From assembly GCA_050084985.1 (NCBI GenBank), contig JBITNC010000001.1, forward strand, positions 3,472,001-3,536,000: a stretch of DNA of 64,000 bases, read 5' to 3'. A program made the position numbers and the translations under genes. The stretch comes from Nageia nagi (lineage: Eukaryota; Plantae; Pinophyta). Under the pieces are notes generated by a model. It was not told where the DNA came from. It saw nothing but the letters and a program-made list of their open reading frames with translations, and ran no database searches. This document shows positions 25,501 through 39,247 of this stretch, piece by piece. Numbering within the stretch: position 1 is the first letter of the stretch; every line of letters starts with the position of its first letter.

Positions 25501-28500
25501 CTCCCAACTCCATAACTAACCCTACTAACCCATATACTAACATTAAAACATGTCAAAACACACTAATAAACCCATATAACTCCTATATATATGATGAAAT
25601 ATGGCAAAACACATTAAATGACGTTTTAGACCCCTAACTTTGAAAATGACAAACAAAACTTATTTATTTACAAGGTTGGATAAATTTAGGGATATTACAA
25701 GTCTGCCCCTCCAGAATTGTTTGTCCCCAAGCAACTCTTCAAGCTCATCAATGTTGGATTCTTAAGAATTTTTTGTCCTTCCAAAGTAGCATCATCTTCA
25801 AGCAAACCTTTCCATTTGATCAAAAATTTAGTAAAGACTTTGCTCCTCAACTTCCTGTCTCTATGACCAAGTATCTTTTCAGGTTCTAGAATCAACTTTC
25901 CCTCTTCATCAAGAGGTGGCAAAATTTGTGATGGCACAACATGTTGTCCCAAAGCTTTCATCAAACAGGACACATGAAACACATTGTGTATTCTACTGCT
26001 AGGAGGTAGTTCCAGCTCATATGCTACCTCACCAAGTCTCCTGATCACCCTCTATGGCCCATAAAAATGTTGCTACAATTTTTCTACACCACTTTTCTTC
26101 ATTTTGGACTGCCTATAAGGCTGTAAACTCAAATAAACCATGTCATCAACTTCAAAACTATGTTCAGTCCTGTTTTGATCAGCATACCTCTTATTTTGAT
26201 TTTCGGCTTGTTGCAGATATTCCTTCAATGATTTCAAAATGTCAAGATGTTGTTGTACAAAATCTGCAGCAGTTGGTACCTTATTGTCCTCCAAAAGCAA
26301 ATCAATGAACTTTGGAGGCTCATACCCTTACAATGCCATAAATGGAGACATTTTTATGGACATGTGGTATGAACTATTGTAGTAGTATTCTCAACCATGC
26401 AGCCACTTGATCCAAGATTGTTGTTGTCCTGAAACATAGTTACGCAAGTAACCTTCAATCCATTTGTTGACAATTTCAGTTTGGCCATCAGTTTAAGGAT
26501 GGTAACTAGTGCTTGGAGTCAATTATGTTCCACACAACCTGAAGAATTTCCACCAAAATATGCTCATGAACTTGTTGTCTCTATCATGCACAATGGTCTT
26601 GGGCCAACCATGCAACCTAAAGATCTCCTTAGAGAATAAATCAACAAGTTGTACTCCTGTTATAGGCATTGTAACAACAAAGAAATATGTATATTTGATT
26701 AGTCTATCAACCACAATAAAATTACAATCTTTACCTTGGAATTTAGGCAATCCAATGATGAAATCCATGGAAATATCTTCCTATTTCTGATTCGGAATAG
26801 GTAGCGGCTGCAATAGTCTCGCTGGATGAACATTCTCATGTTTGTTTTGTTGGCATGTAGCGCACTCCCTAGAATGCCTCAAAACATCCTCTTTTAGGCC
26901 CTTCCAAGGAAATCTTTCTTTTAGTAATCTATAGGACTTGTAGAAACATGGATGACCAGCCAAAGGTGCATCATGCAATTCATCAATTAACTCATCCACT
27001 CTAGGAATAGGGTACCTATTCTTAATTGTCTTCTTGTTCAAAGCCGTATAATCAATGCACATCCTCATAGTTCCTTCCTTCTTCTTTACAAGCACAACAG
27101 AAGAAGCAAAAGGACTAGAACTAGGTCTAAGATGGCCCATAACCAACAAGTCCTTAATGGTTTTCTCAATTTCATCCTTATAGTCTCTAGGATGCCTATA
27201 GGGGAAAATTATCACAGGTTTAGAACCAAGTTCTAACTCTATGATATGCTAGAAACCCCTATCAAGTGGTAAACCATAAGGTAAATCAACAAAAACAAGA
27301 CTATATCTATCTAGGGCAGCTTGTATTTCAGGATAAAATTTCACATCAACATTACTAACTAGATTAGGCATACCATTCAAAATGAAGAATGAAGCTCCCC
27401 ATTCAATGTCTTTCTTTTTCTTGAGAATCTTCTCCATCCTATTGGCTGAAACCTTTTGAGGTTAATGCTCCTTAATACCCTTCAGTGTGACTACTTGACC
27501 ATTATGCTTGAATCTCATCACAAGGGTCTTGTAGTTGGTGTAGACTCCTCCCACAGAATACAACCATTGCACTCCCAAAAGAGCTTGGGGAATGCCTCCC
27601 ATTGGATAAACATAAAAATCATCAATAACAGAATATAAACCAAACTTGACTTCTACTTGTTTGCAAACATGTGTACAAATAGAAATCAGCCCATTTGCAT
27701 TCTTCACACCAAAACCAGAAAAATTTTCTATTTTCAGCTTTTTTTCAGCCACAAATTTCTCATCAATGAAATTATGGGTGGCTCCACCAGCAACTAAGAC
27801 TACAACAGCATGCTCACCAATCTTACCAGCAACTTTTATTGTTATATATTTGGTCTCACCAGAAATTGAGGCCAAAACAATGTCATCTCCATCTTCCTCA
27901 TGAGTAATTTTATCCTCCATTGCAAGTTCAGAATGTTGAGCATCTTCATATTCACTTTCAGATTCATCACCATCATTTTCTTTGATTGTTTCATCTTCAT
28001 TAGGCACATAATATTCAACAAAATAATGTTGCCCCTTACCTTGGCATTGATGACCAGGTCCACATGGTTTTCTGCAAGAAAAACATAACCCTTTCCGCTG
28101 TAATTCTTGACGAACTGCGTCATCTAACCTTGGTTTTGGCTGGTTAGAGGGATTTTGTGGCTGGAAACCCTTATTCTGAAACTGATTTTACCTGTTCCAA
28201 GGTTGTCCACCCTGCTGGAATGGTCTAGAAGGCCCAAATTTGGATGGTTGTTCAAATTTATTGTTGTCCATACTTTGATTTTTTACTGTTATTTGAATCT
28301 TCAAGGTATAAAGCAACTGAAACTGCTTCATCTAGGGTTTTAGGCTTGAAAGCCTTGGCCCAAACCCTTATAGGATCAACAAGTCCCCGCAAAAAGAAAT
28401 GCACCATGCTGTCTTCAGCCACATCAGTTACCATAACTGAAATTTACATAAATTCTTCAACATAGCCAACAATTGTATTTTTCTGAGTAATAGTAGCCAA

Positions 28501-31500
28501 CTCACTAACAAATTCATTAGCATCAAACCTTTCAAATCTGTCCAAAAATTTATTAGCAAACACTTCAAAAGAAGTAATGGTCCCATGGCCTTTAGTGACT
28601 AAACCATGATGCCACCATTCATGTGTATTACCTTCCAAATGAAGGGCTGCATATTGGACAACATCTTTCTCCCTCATAGGCCTAAGAGAGAAATACATTT
28701 GCATTTTTTGCGACCATGCTTTAGCAGTCATTTTATCGCTACCATCAAACATTGGAAGAGATAACTTACTCAATTTGTATTGCACATCTCCATGCTTATC
28801 GCCTCCATATTTCTTCTTTCCTGATTCTTTCCTTTTAACCCTCATGAAAGCTTCAAAATTAACACTTGCTTTGAAATCTTTCAGCATAGCTCTATATGCA
28901 CCCCGATGATCAGACATTGTGGCAACTACATCTTCCCCTTCCTCTTCTTCCTCTTGCTCCCTAAGGAACATGGAATTGGAAGGTGTCCAAATCCTCCTTC
29001 TACTTTGTTGTTTGACACTGCCTTGTGTAACTCCTTGGTTAGCATTGCTGGTTTTAGCCTCGTCTTCTTGGTTGGGCTGATTTTTATGATTCCCTAGTTG
29101 TGTCATTACTTGAGTAATGATACCTGGCATGATGGCTCGCATTCCAGCCAAAACCCTATTCTTCATCAATTTGGCCATCCTCTCTTCCATTTCCCTCTCA
29201 TTATCTTCCCCTGAAACTTCAAGTTTTTACCCTCGACTTCAAATTCTTTCCTGGTTCCATCGACCATTTTTGGATCTAAAGATTGTTCCTGATTAGGATC
29301 TCCTTTACTTTGGCTTTTGGTTTGGACTATCAACTAAACAGGCTAGCAAGAAACCAACTCTGACACCACTGAAATATACCAGCCAAAAATATAGAAATAA
29401 TTACAGAAAATTATTCAAACCCTAGTTGCCCAAAAAACTAAAAAAAAGACAAGAAATAATTCAGATTTATTTATTGTTGTAAAGTAGAAATCTTTCAACA
29501 CCAAATCTAGCCAAAAATGGTTGATTGCTTGGCTACAAAGGACCAATATTAAAACTGAATGCTATAGAAATTTATTTTGAATTTTCTAAATCCTCCCATG
29601 GCTTGATGTGGCTCACAAGAGCCCAATTCTTGTTGCAAATTCCACAGGAAAACTCTCCTATATTGGGTATCCCACTTGGAGAGGATTTGGAGGTTGTTCC
29701 TTCCCTCAAAACTAACTTTTGATGCCCTCAAATAGCTGATCTGCAGATAGCTTCAAAAATCGCACAAATACAAACCCTAGTTGGATTTGTCAACAATTCC
29801 TGAGTATTAAACTAGCTGGCCTAGCTTCTCCAATGGTAGACCCAATGGAAACTCAGATCCCTTGCAGGTATATCCAGCAACCTACAAAAGCCAAATCTTT
29901 TACCAAGACAAAAGCCCAAGAACACACAAGTATTCTCCCAAATCAACAAATATCAATTCCAAAGCTACCCATAAAATGAGCTCTCCCTTCCTTCTATAAA
30001 CAAGGATAAGAAATAAGTATTAAATCTCAACCTGATTCATTGAATGGCTACGATTTAATCTTAGAGCCATGCCACTCTCTTTTCATGCCTCCACTTTCTT
30101 CAAAAACGTTACATTGTTGTATATGACAATTACAACTGCTGGAAACTTTAAATATTGTCTTGGATCTTGACTTTTCAACTCCACTATCTTGCCCAATAAT
30201 TAAATAAAGCTTTACTTTGCCATAATGGCAGCTACAAATTCCAAAACGTGTACAAAGCCACATGCATTTAATAATGCCTTATTTTAGCCATAAAACACTC
30301 TCAACTCCATAACTAACTCTACTAACCCATATACTAACATTAAAACATGTCAAAACACACTAGTAAACCCATATAACTCCTATATATATTATGAAATATG
30401 GCAAAGCATACTAAATGACGTTTTAGACCCCTAACTTTGAAAATGACAAACAAAACTTATTTATTTACAAGGTTGGATAAATTTAGGGTTCCATTGAGTC
30501 TTTCATCTCCACTCTGTCGGAGATGTTATCCTAATCCATGTCCATGCTAGTATCTGTAACTACGTTGAAATCCATCTCTCCATCCGATTCGATCGAGCTA
30601 GTATCTGGATCATATTTATCGGAACTCGAACCGAAAGCAGGTGTTGTGGGGCTTGGAAGATGATGTGCACCATTCTTCCTTAAGCCGCTTGGATGATCCA
30701 CCACTTCTTGAAGATGTTTAAGTGGACGGGAGATCAATTCGGCTTCTCTGAGGTTGGCGATGCCATTTGATGTTTCTTAAATGGAAACATTGAGAGTTTG
30801 TCCAAGGACGCTCATGGTAGCATACTGCTTGTATTGTCCTTGTGCCAAGGTTATAGTAGGTGATATGATAGGAATACCATATGCATGCCTTGCGGACTCT
30901 ATGACTAGTGTTGGGGTTTTTTATTTTGCATTCTCTTCAACTTATTGTTGTATTAGTTTTTGCTCTTCAACCAACTCACTATGGATCTTTTGAATGTGTA
31001 CAACATCCTGAATATTCCTGTATCTTTTTATATTGCCAAGGGACACATGTGGGAAGGTTGATTTCCATGTTTTCTTCAAGAAAGCATCAATCATCCCATC
31101 TGGATCATACTGATCTATTGCTACTTCAGTCTGGAAGTGATGAAGCACTAGCTCAAGTCTAATCAATGGGATTTGATGCCAAGCAGAACATTCATAGCCT
31201 CCAACGATAATAGGTAATTGTTAGGTAGGAGATGCCTTTCTAACCCATACCTTATCCTGCACATTCAGTAACTGCCTTGAGAACTCATGAGAATGAGTCG
31301 ATTAGTTGCATAGCGTGGTAGCTTCCATGGAGCTTCTTTGGAACCATAAACTATGATATACGTGAAATCTGAGTCTTCCATGTAGACGTTTGCATGTCCT
31401 TTAAGAGCGGCAATAGCTTGGTCTGATATTCTGCACATATTCTTTTTTCCGATGATCTCATCATAAATTCGGCCTTCAAAACCCTTATTCTGCACATGGG

Positions 31501-31900
31501 TTTGGTTGCATGGTCTAGAGTTCTTGCCCTTGCATCATGATGAAAGTGTGCGATCAAACAATACTTAGCCATTTTTCAAAATTTTGGTCTTTCTATTGAA
31601 GATTTCATCATTCAAGTCTTAATTCTCCTGGGGCTTCATCTTCTCAGACTTCTGAGTTTTTTCATTCCGCTGAAGATGTATCTTTTCTTTTGCAAAAGTA
31701 GGATCCTCAAAATTTGCAAAAAAATTGGGGTGTGTTGTGTGGGCACAATAGGCCCATGATAAAATAAAATAGTAAAAGAAACCTAATTTAATTTAATTGA
31801 CTCCTAATTCATTAAGTGCAATCACACGTCCCTAGGAGAGGGATGTCTCACTCCAGATAGCCCAAAAATAAAAATTACAACTGCGAAGCAGATATTAGAG
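22600..31900 (-). mobile_element. Older decayed retroelement with a fragmented extra ORF, interrupted by the 24592-30488 element
   Basis: Broken minus-strand ORF chain at 31572-30500 resumes at 24590-23400 across the insertion (e.g. FTYIIVYGSKEAPWKLPRYATNRLIL); LTR-like non-coding sequence at 22600-23200; borders approximate. Confidence 0.5.
24592..30488 (-). mobile_element. Defective chromodomain Gypsy element with internal RT/RNase H deletion
   Basis: LTRs 24592-25699 and 29370-30488 (~1.1 kb, visibly more diverged); degenerate PBS TGGTGTCAGAGT 29357-68; PPT ~25700-12; gag 29190-28000, protease with VAGGATHNF, RT start, integrase and chromodomain (FLIKWKGLLEDDAT), with many stops and frameshifts. 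Confidence 0.9.
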
Positions 31901-32445
31901 AATGTACAAGGACCAAACTTTAGAGGTGGGGCATATATTAAGGGCCAACAATGGATAAAGTTCCACTACTTCAAGGTCTCCACATGGTTTGTTTATCATT
32001 TACCATCAATTTATAGATATAAAAAAGGCAATATATACTATCCATGGCAACCTTTTCTTGTTTTACCTCACATCTGATATAGCATTTTCCACTTGCAGTT
32101 GGACGCATTACATAGATTCAAGGTACAGTTTCTTCTAGGAACAGGCCATTGCCTAAAGTATTACCCACGTTTGGGCACCACTGCAGACATAAAGGTTCTT
32201 GGGAAGTACAATCCCTAGCAAGATGCGCTAACCCAAGAATGGCATAGAGTTAGACACAAATGGAATCCTGTAAAAAAAACATTTTTGCAGTGGAGATTTA
32301 AACAGGAATTCACATATAGACTCCTAACTCATAAGTAGAAATTCAGAAAAACTGTCACTTCTGTCATACTAAGTTTACATCAAAAACATCTGCAGAAGGG
32401 AACCCGAATTATAACAACGTTTCATAACTTGAGGAAAAAGCATAC

Positions 32446-32506
32446 CTAGAATCTCCATATGATCAAATCCTAATGAAGATATCCCACAGACAACAGGCGA
32501 CTTCAC
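32446..32506 (-). CDS. FPGS: FPGS internal exon 5
   Basis: cag|VKSPVVCGISSLGFDHMEIL+G|gtatg; 61 nt; LGxDH motif. Confidence 0.96.
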
Positions 32507-32662
32507 CTGAACAGGAGTTTACATCCAATAAGAATTTGTGAAAATCAGAGATGATTTGTTTCATGAATCATGATTAAGGGCAGTGATCTTAAGCTGCATC
32601 TGCTATAATAATGAAATAAATAACTACAAATAAATGTGAGACAAACAGAAAACTTATATTAC

Positions 32663-32719
32663 CACATTCGTTGCATCATATTTTCCACCAAGTCCTACTT
32701 CCAAAATTGCAACATCAAC
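32663..32719 (-). CDS. FPGS: FPGS internal exon 4
   Basis: cag|VDVAILEVGLGGKYDATNV|gtaat; 57 nt; EVGLGGxxDATNV is the FPGS/FolC signature. Confidence 0.97.
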
Positions 32720-33334
32720 CTGAAAAATAAGAACTTGGGTTCTCCCGTTAAAATTCTTCAGACGTTCATGTCTCAAAAGAATAGAACATTGTGAAAATAT
32801 TGTGTAGGCATTATACATCTGTTATATTAAAATGGTACAGTAAATCAAATAACAAAATATTCAAGTATAGTAACATTTATATCATACAAATACCAATAGG
32901 AATCAACAATAGTTCAAAGTTTTTAACTCTCTTTTTCCTTATTTAACACACATTTTCCACAAACTGATAGCATTTAGCATGTAACTACCAAGTAGCTCTA
33001 TTAGTTTGGAGCCACCAAATCATGTCAAGCATAAAAGTTCCATCAGTTCTTCATATTAGTCGCATTTTCCATAAGACCTAGCTTGTAGCAGTGGAAATAG
33101 AGTTGCTTAGTTATTTTTTATATCAGAAAGTGATATCAAGTACAACATTCTGTAACTAAAAATTTAAATCTTAGTCTGATGCGGGCTCCCGAGTTCCAAA
33201 TATTAACAGGAATCAAGTCATGGAAACACAATGCTAAGGAATCAAAGTTTATTTATTTTAAATTTGGAAACTGTGATCTTCAGAAATTCCTGCAGTCCAA
33301 AGCATGAGAAGCAAAAAATAGGTAAAATATTCAC

Positions 33335-33418
33335 CTTCTCTTCTGCAAATATCTTAAATGCCAGAAGAGTGAGTAGCCGGAAATAAGTGGGCATGGGTAC
33401 ATCCTTTATACAATTTTC
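33335..33418 (-). CDS. FPGS: FPGS internal exon 3
   Basis: cag|ENCIKDVPMPTYFRLLTLLAFKIFAEEK|gtgaa; 84 nt; MPxYFRxLTLLAFKIF motif of eukaryotic FPGS. Confidence 0.95.
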
Positions 33419-33710
33419 CTGCACAAGGAACATGTTATTAAGAGTAAAGGACATAGATTCATTGAAAAAACAAACAAAAAACAAAATAGAAGTTATGGCA
33501 TAATTATAGAAACTTAAATATCATAATAGGAAATATAAGCTGAAGAAACAGTACTATGAGTTGCAAAATATATCAACATGTTAATGGAGTACAAGAGTTC
33601 TATAACCACTCAATTTTCACTATCTAAAAATGACTTTATTTAAGTGGTTTACTTTATTTATGCAAAATGTCAATATGGACCATCTGTGGGTAAGGTTAAA
33701 TTAAATGAAA

Positions 33711-35359
33711 TGTAATGTCCCCAAAATCTCAGCGTCCCACTCACTTCACTGCCAGTAAAGTGGGAAGTTCATCTTTAGTGTGATTTATTAGCTTTTACGA
33801 GTATTTTATTATTTTTAGCATAAAATAGATATTTCGAACATATTCTAATATTTGGGGCATTGTTACATGCCAACATGGTTTTGGCAGTGTCACACATCAA
33901 TTAGATTAATTAATTAGAATAATAGCCCTTTAACTATGTAAGTTCCACTTGGAGCACTCCAATATGGGGCATTGGGCTTCTAGGGATGTTTTAAGTATTT
34001 TAGCAGGGCAATTATGTTCGTAATCATGTGGTCCACTAGTGGATGCCAAGATTAATTTGTAATTAATGATACCAAGGAAAATTATCATTGTAAATGCAAT
34101 ATTAGTCTCCTTAACTGGGACATTGCATATGTGGACCCTTAGATTATGTAAATTTGCATCTCAAGGCATTTAGAAGGTCTCCAATGTAATTTATCTCCCC
34201 TATAAGTTGGGCGCTCACTAGAGGTAGAGGTTTATGACTCCAAGGAAGGTTATAGGGATCCCAAGGCATTGAAAGACTCCAAGAAGGGGTGTTGCATGAA
34301 GAAGAGCTATTTGCACCCGTTGGATGTGATTTCACTTATCCCAATGCACTCTAGGATGGACATCTCACCCCATGGGTGAATAAGAACCACACGATGAGAT
34401 TATGATGATCCCAAGACATCTAGAAGGTTTGTTGGCTTGAGGAAGCTATAAAAGGAGAAGCCTTGGACACATCTAGATATGCTTGGATTATTATTATTTT
34501 ATTTCCTTGGACGTGGGCATGAGCTTTCTCCTTCTCCTCAAGGGTGAAACCCCAAGAAAGGCTTAAGGGTCTAGTATTCCTCGAAGGACTGAAGACTGCT
34601 ATCTTAGGGTCCGACATTCCCTAAGATCTACTGAAGATTGCCTACCTAAGGTTTGGCATTCCCTAGTGAATCTGAAGACTACTAGAGGAGCTTTGGATCT
34701 TCCACACTACTGTTGTTGAAGATCTCCAATAGGGAGATCACTCTAAAGACTTTCCAAGAGGCCTTGGTGCATCTTTTCTGAAGGGATCACCCCCCATGCC
34801 TAGACATCACACCTAGGGCATCCTTGCTCTAGTTTCTGACACATGTAATTGATTCTTCCTTGCAATATTTAGTGAATTACATTTTATGGCTCCATTGAAT
34901 ATTTTTTTAGCATAATTTCATGAGATCTTGCCCAAGCTAGCTAGACATTGGGTTTGCTAATGATATTTTGCCCTAGCATATTGGACGTTGCAATATTTTG
35001 AGGGTTTTGTGCTGAGATCTTGCTTGGACGTTGGCATTTTTGAAGTGCATTGGCATTGAGATGTCACCCTAGGGAATTTGTCCCTACCCTAGGGCACTTT
35101 TTGTGCATTTCAAATGGTTAAGCGCTTTTGTGGCAAATTTTGCTATTTTTCTAGTAATTTTGTGGGCATTTTGAGTATTTGAATGGATGTGGCATGATTG
35201 AGTAATTTGAAATTTTAGAAAATTATTGTGCTAGTAATTTTGTGGGCATTTTGAATATTTGAATGCATGGATGTGACATGATTGAGTAATTTGGAATTTT
35301 AGAAAATTATTGTGCAATATCTAGATCATTTTGAATGAGCCATAGTTTGGCTCATTACA
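33711..35359 (+). mobile_element. Probable solo or partial LTR in FPGS intron
   Basis: Starts TGTAATGTCCC, ends CATTACA, TATA-like ctataaaagg at ~34446; no TSD recognised. Confidence 0.5.
35151..35314. repeat. Tandem duplication, 2 x ~80 bp
   Basis: ctagtaattttgtgggcattttga...ttttagaaaattattgtg at 35151 and 35231. Confidence 0.9.
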
Positions 35360-36231
35360 CTCTTGAGATATCTCTTCAGTCTCAGCATATCACATCTTTC
35401 TTTAGTTCCAACGATGTCGACGTGATCACAATGACCATAGTCTAGGGGAATCCAGTCAAGTTGTTCAAAGTCTCACCTTGCCCCCTAACTGATATTGACT
35501 ACTATGTTTTGCTATTCGACTGTGTGATACTTTTTAGGGTTTAGCCCCTCTATTGCACTTATGAATTGCATTTCTTAGTTTGCTTTTAGTGAGAGCCCTT
35601 TTAGGGCCTCACATGCTGCCTTTTACAATTGTACTTCACAATCCCATTGACCGGTTTTGGTCACCCGTGGACATTAATAGAATTTGTTTCGTTCTTTCTT
35701 TCTTCAAGGCGAAGTGCACCCATAAGCAACACCCCAGAGAGGATTAGGACGACCCACCTATGACAATCTATCTTATTTCTTTCCCACTCTTTAGGGTTTG
35801 ATCTTTTTGTGAGAATGTATTTGTTTATGGTATTTTTTTATGGATGAGCCCATTAGAGGCTTGGTTGGGTTCCTGATCAAGCTTGTACATAATAGTCCCA
35901 TTGACCTCTTTTGGTCACTCATGGACATTAATATACTTTCTTTCTTTCTAAATTACCATTATCTTCTCTGCATATTGTTCTAAGTGGGTCAACATAGGTA
36001 AACTCAAATCAAATTTCCAAAACCGATTCTAAGTGTTCATTTCATATGTCAAGCTAGGATGCAAAGTGCGAATGAAGACTTTGTATTCAACTTCAATGAT
36101 CAATGAAAATAGACATGTAAACAACAATATTAAAGACACTACATGTAATACTCCATTTTGGTTGTTGAGCTCCTCCTATGACTAATGACCTATTAATTTT
36201 ACATGCAAAACCCAAAAAACTTCATATTAAT

Positions 36232-36500
36232 GTTACAATCCTCTCTTAATCCGAAGGGGTGTATGTGATCCAAGCATTCTACTAAATTTCTTTAACTTTT
36301 CTCTTCCAAGAGCTTTGGTGAGCATGTTTGTTGGTTGTTCATCTATGGGACAATGCTTCAAATCGATATTTCTAGCAATTGCATGATGCCGAATCAAATG
36401 ATAATTTGAGTTTATATGTTTTGTTCAATCAAGAAATAGTAGATTCTTTGCCAATTGTATTGCATAAGTGTTGTTAACCAAAAGTGGGATAACATTCACT
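36232..36500 (-). mobile_element. Ty1/Copia RNase H remnant with PPT
   Basis: Minus strand reads IPLLVNNTYAIQLAKN..TKHINSNYHLIRHH..IDLKHCPIDEQPTNMLTKALGREK, then ttaagagagga and TGTAAC. Confidence 0.8.
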
Positions 36501-38130
36501 TGTTTCTCCTACAAATATCTTTCAATATACATCTAAGTCAATACTTTTTAAAATATATTTATAATTTTATTATATTTAATATTGTCGTACCCCATCGTAG
36601 CCAAAATCGGGCCCAAGCCATCCCCGTCCCGAAGACACATCTCGTCGTACCCATCTCAGAAACTTCATGGAACATAGCTATTTTTAGTTGTACTTGAAGA
36701 CAACAAATAACATTTAACCCTTTGAACTTCCCTCCTTCAGTAAGATGTATGTTTGAGATTTTATCTAACATACACCCTTTATGTCCTAGAGTCCTTTTGC
36801 CCCTATATATTTCAATTGCAATAGATGTACTTGTGCATCTCATTGGCCTGGCTTTGATCCCCCATAGGCATCAGTATAATTCTCTTAATTTTTAACTGCA
36901 GTGCAATAACAAAATTGTTTACTACAAGGAATCAGATGTGTTACAGAAAACAAATCTCTTTTTAAACTCAAATGTTTTGGGGAAAACATTTAATGGTTAT
37001 TTTTATACTACTTTTTTTCAAATAATTTTATTACACAAAGAAAAATGTTATAGCTACATCAAAGCTTATTTTCCATCATTTTCTTGTAACTTTACAACAA
37101 AGTTACGGCCAGATATCCTTATTTGTGAAAGAGGGGATCTAATTTATTTTGAAATTACAGAATATTCCATAATATAGCTTGACAGCCCATAGGATGCTTG
37201 ATATTCATCCATAATAGCCAGAGGTTTTGATTTTTTCTCATAAGGATGATGAAGCCAGATGATGGCAATTACAATTGAGATAACCTTTATTCATTCTTAT
37301 CATCATCGTTTGTTGCGTCGCCTGTTCCAAGTTGCCATGTAGTAATTTAAAAGCACAACTGATTGTTTCAAAAAGTGAAAACCCACTTGGGGCCAAACAA
37401 CAATCACAAAGCCAACGCTTTTGCATGGGATTTTATCTTTTTATATAGTTAATTAAATCAAAACTAGCAAAGCATGACCCTTGCTACAATACATATAGAG
37501 CATAACAAAATCTAAAAACGGGGATAAACCTTATACATGAACAAAAGACAATTATATAATCGGAGCATATTGCCCAGTCTAGTTCATAGCTCTAAATTGT
37601 GAAGGCAAAAACAAAAAAACTTATATAGTCAGCCTCCATGAACAGCAAACAGGAGTGCCCCCTAAACCGTTGCTCACAGAGATCTCTTGCAGGAGATCCC
37701 CATGCCCCTTCTTCTTGTCGAAGGGATTATAAGAATAAGGCAGCCCACCATGCCTACGCCTGGCAAACTAACATTCACAGAGGGCATCATATCAAGAATT
37801 TTATTTGGAAACATAAACAGAAGAGGATAACTCTAGTACCCCTCCTCTTAACCCTTTGCATGGATTTTATCAACTACTAATTATATGTTTATTACTTTTC
37901 AATAAAATTTGAACAAAGATAAAAGTACTTTATAGAAATAAAAACAATAATCAAAATGGTTTTTAATGTAGTATATGTTTACATTACATAATGAATCACA
38001 TCCTCAAGAATAGGAAAACGAACCATTTGACTCCTAAAAGCTTATGTTACAGCTCAACTAAGAGGCTTGAGAAATCTTCAAATACAAGAGACAGCATATC
38101 ATGTGAAAAGGGAAAAATAGAAAGAAATAC

Positions 38131-38191
38131 CTTTAACCGATGCCAACACCACCAAAAGTGCATCAGAAACTTTTCTTGTTCTATTACCGAC
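38131..38191 (-). CDS. FPGS: FPGS internal exon 2
   Basis: tag|G SVIEQEKFLMHFWWCWHRLK|gtatt; 61 nt, completes the split Gly codon. Confidence 0.92.
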
Positions 38192-39137
38192 CTACACAAT
38201 GATCACAAAAGACTGGAGTAATTATGTAAAACTTTAGCATATCATAAAAAAAAATTAATAACCATAAATAGCATCAATTAGACTTCAGTCATGGTATGAG
38301 TAATGGCCTAGTAAACCTTGTTAATTGCCTTGTGAAATAGTAGCTTTATACTGTTTGCAATTTATGACACTGGTAAGTTTCATATTTTAGCATCTGATTA
38401 GGGTGTCTGCGAGTATAATAATTAGAGTGTCTGAGCATAACAATTTGTGAAATAGTAGAATTATACTAGTAAACCAGAACAGTTCAATCTGCAAATTTCC
38501 AGACACTGATTAACGTATCTGTGAGTGTAACAAATGACTCAAATACTTATTGATCATTCCAAGTTGCTCTCATACTTCAATATATTTTTGATAACATTTC
38601 GTTTATCGATTAAAAATATGTTCTTTTTTCCAATACAAAACAGAAGCATACTAAAACACTCTTTGAATCAAGAGCCTAATGCTTCTCTAGGCAAAGAACA
38701 TGCAGATCCTTTCAATTCTTGACTGGAACAATCACTTATTAACATAACCATGCAGTCATACTTTTGCCAACGGTTTTCTACTTTGATCAATGGTTTTGGG
38801 TTAATTTGGAATCATACTTTCCGTCAATTGTATCTATAGATATCTATACTATGGACATTGCCCAAGACATGTTGACCATGTTGCTAACCTTATTTTAATG
38901 ACTAGCAACAGTCTTCAAGTTGCACGATTTATTACGTGGAGGAAAAACCAAATGAAAAGATCAGTTATCAAAGATAGGCTCAAGTTACAAGACAGACTCA
39001 GAGTATAGAACTACATATACATATGTTTCTCTTTCTAGAAGATAAACAGAGATAGGAAAACCATCAAAAACAAACATCTATCCATGAAAACAAACATAAA
39101 TCATTTACAAGTAGTTATATATGATTCCAAGACTAAC

Positions 39138-39247
39138 CCGTTCAATCGATATCTTTCACAAATATCAAGAAGATGAGGAGATGTGAAAAGTCCCGTTCGA
39201 TAGCCACATGTCCTTAAGATGCTTTCTGTAAATGCACATGTAGAACC
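39138..39247 (-). CDS. FPGS: Folylpolyglutamate synthase, internal exon 1 of 7 in window
   Basis: cag|...|gttag; translates [36 protein letters not shown]+GG, with the end of the P-loop (GKGST) and the FTSPHL motif; 110 nt, phase matches next exon. Confidence 0.95.

Larger units (their letters stand above)
3656..32445 (-). other. 28,790 nt FPGS intron filled with nested retroelements
   Basis: GT..AG borders; the peptide DHMEIL-G-NTLSQIAGEK is continuous across it. Confidence 0.9.

Noticed and set aside
33242-33484. 80-aa ORF as a standalone gene
   Set aside because: Only 33335-33418 is coding (an FPGS exon); the rest is intron read-through.
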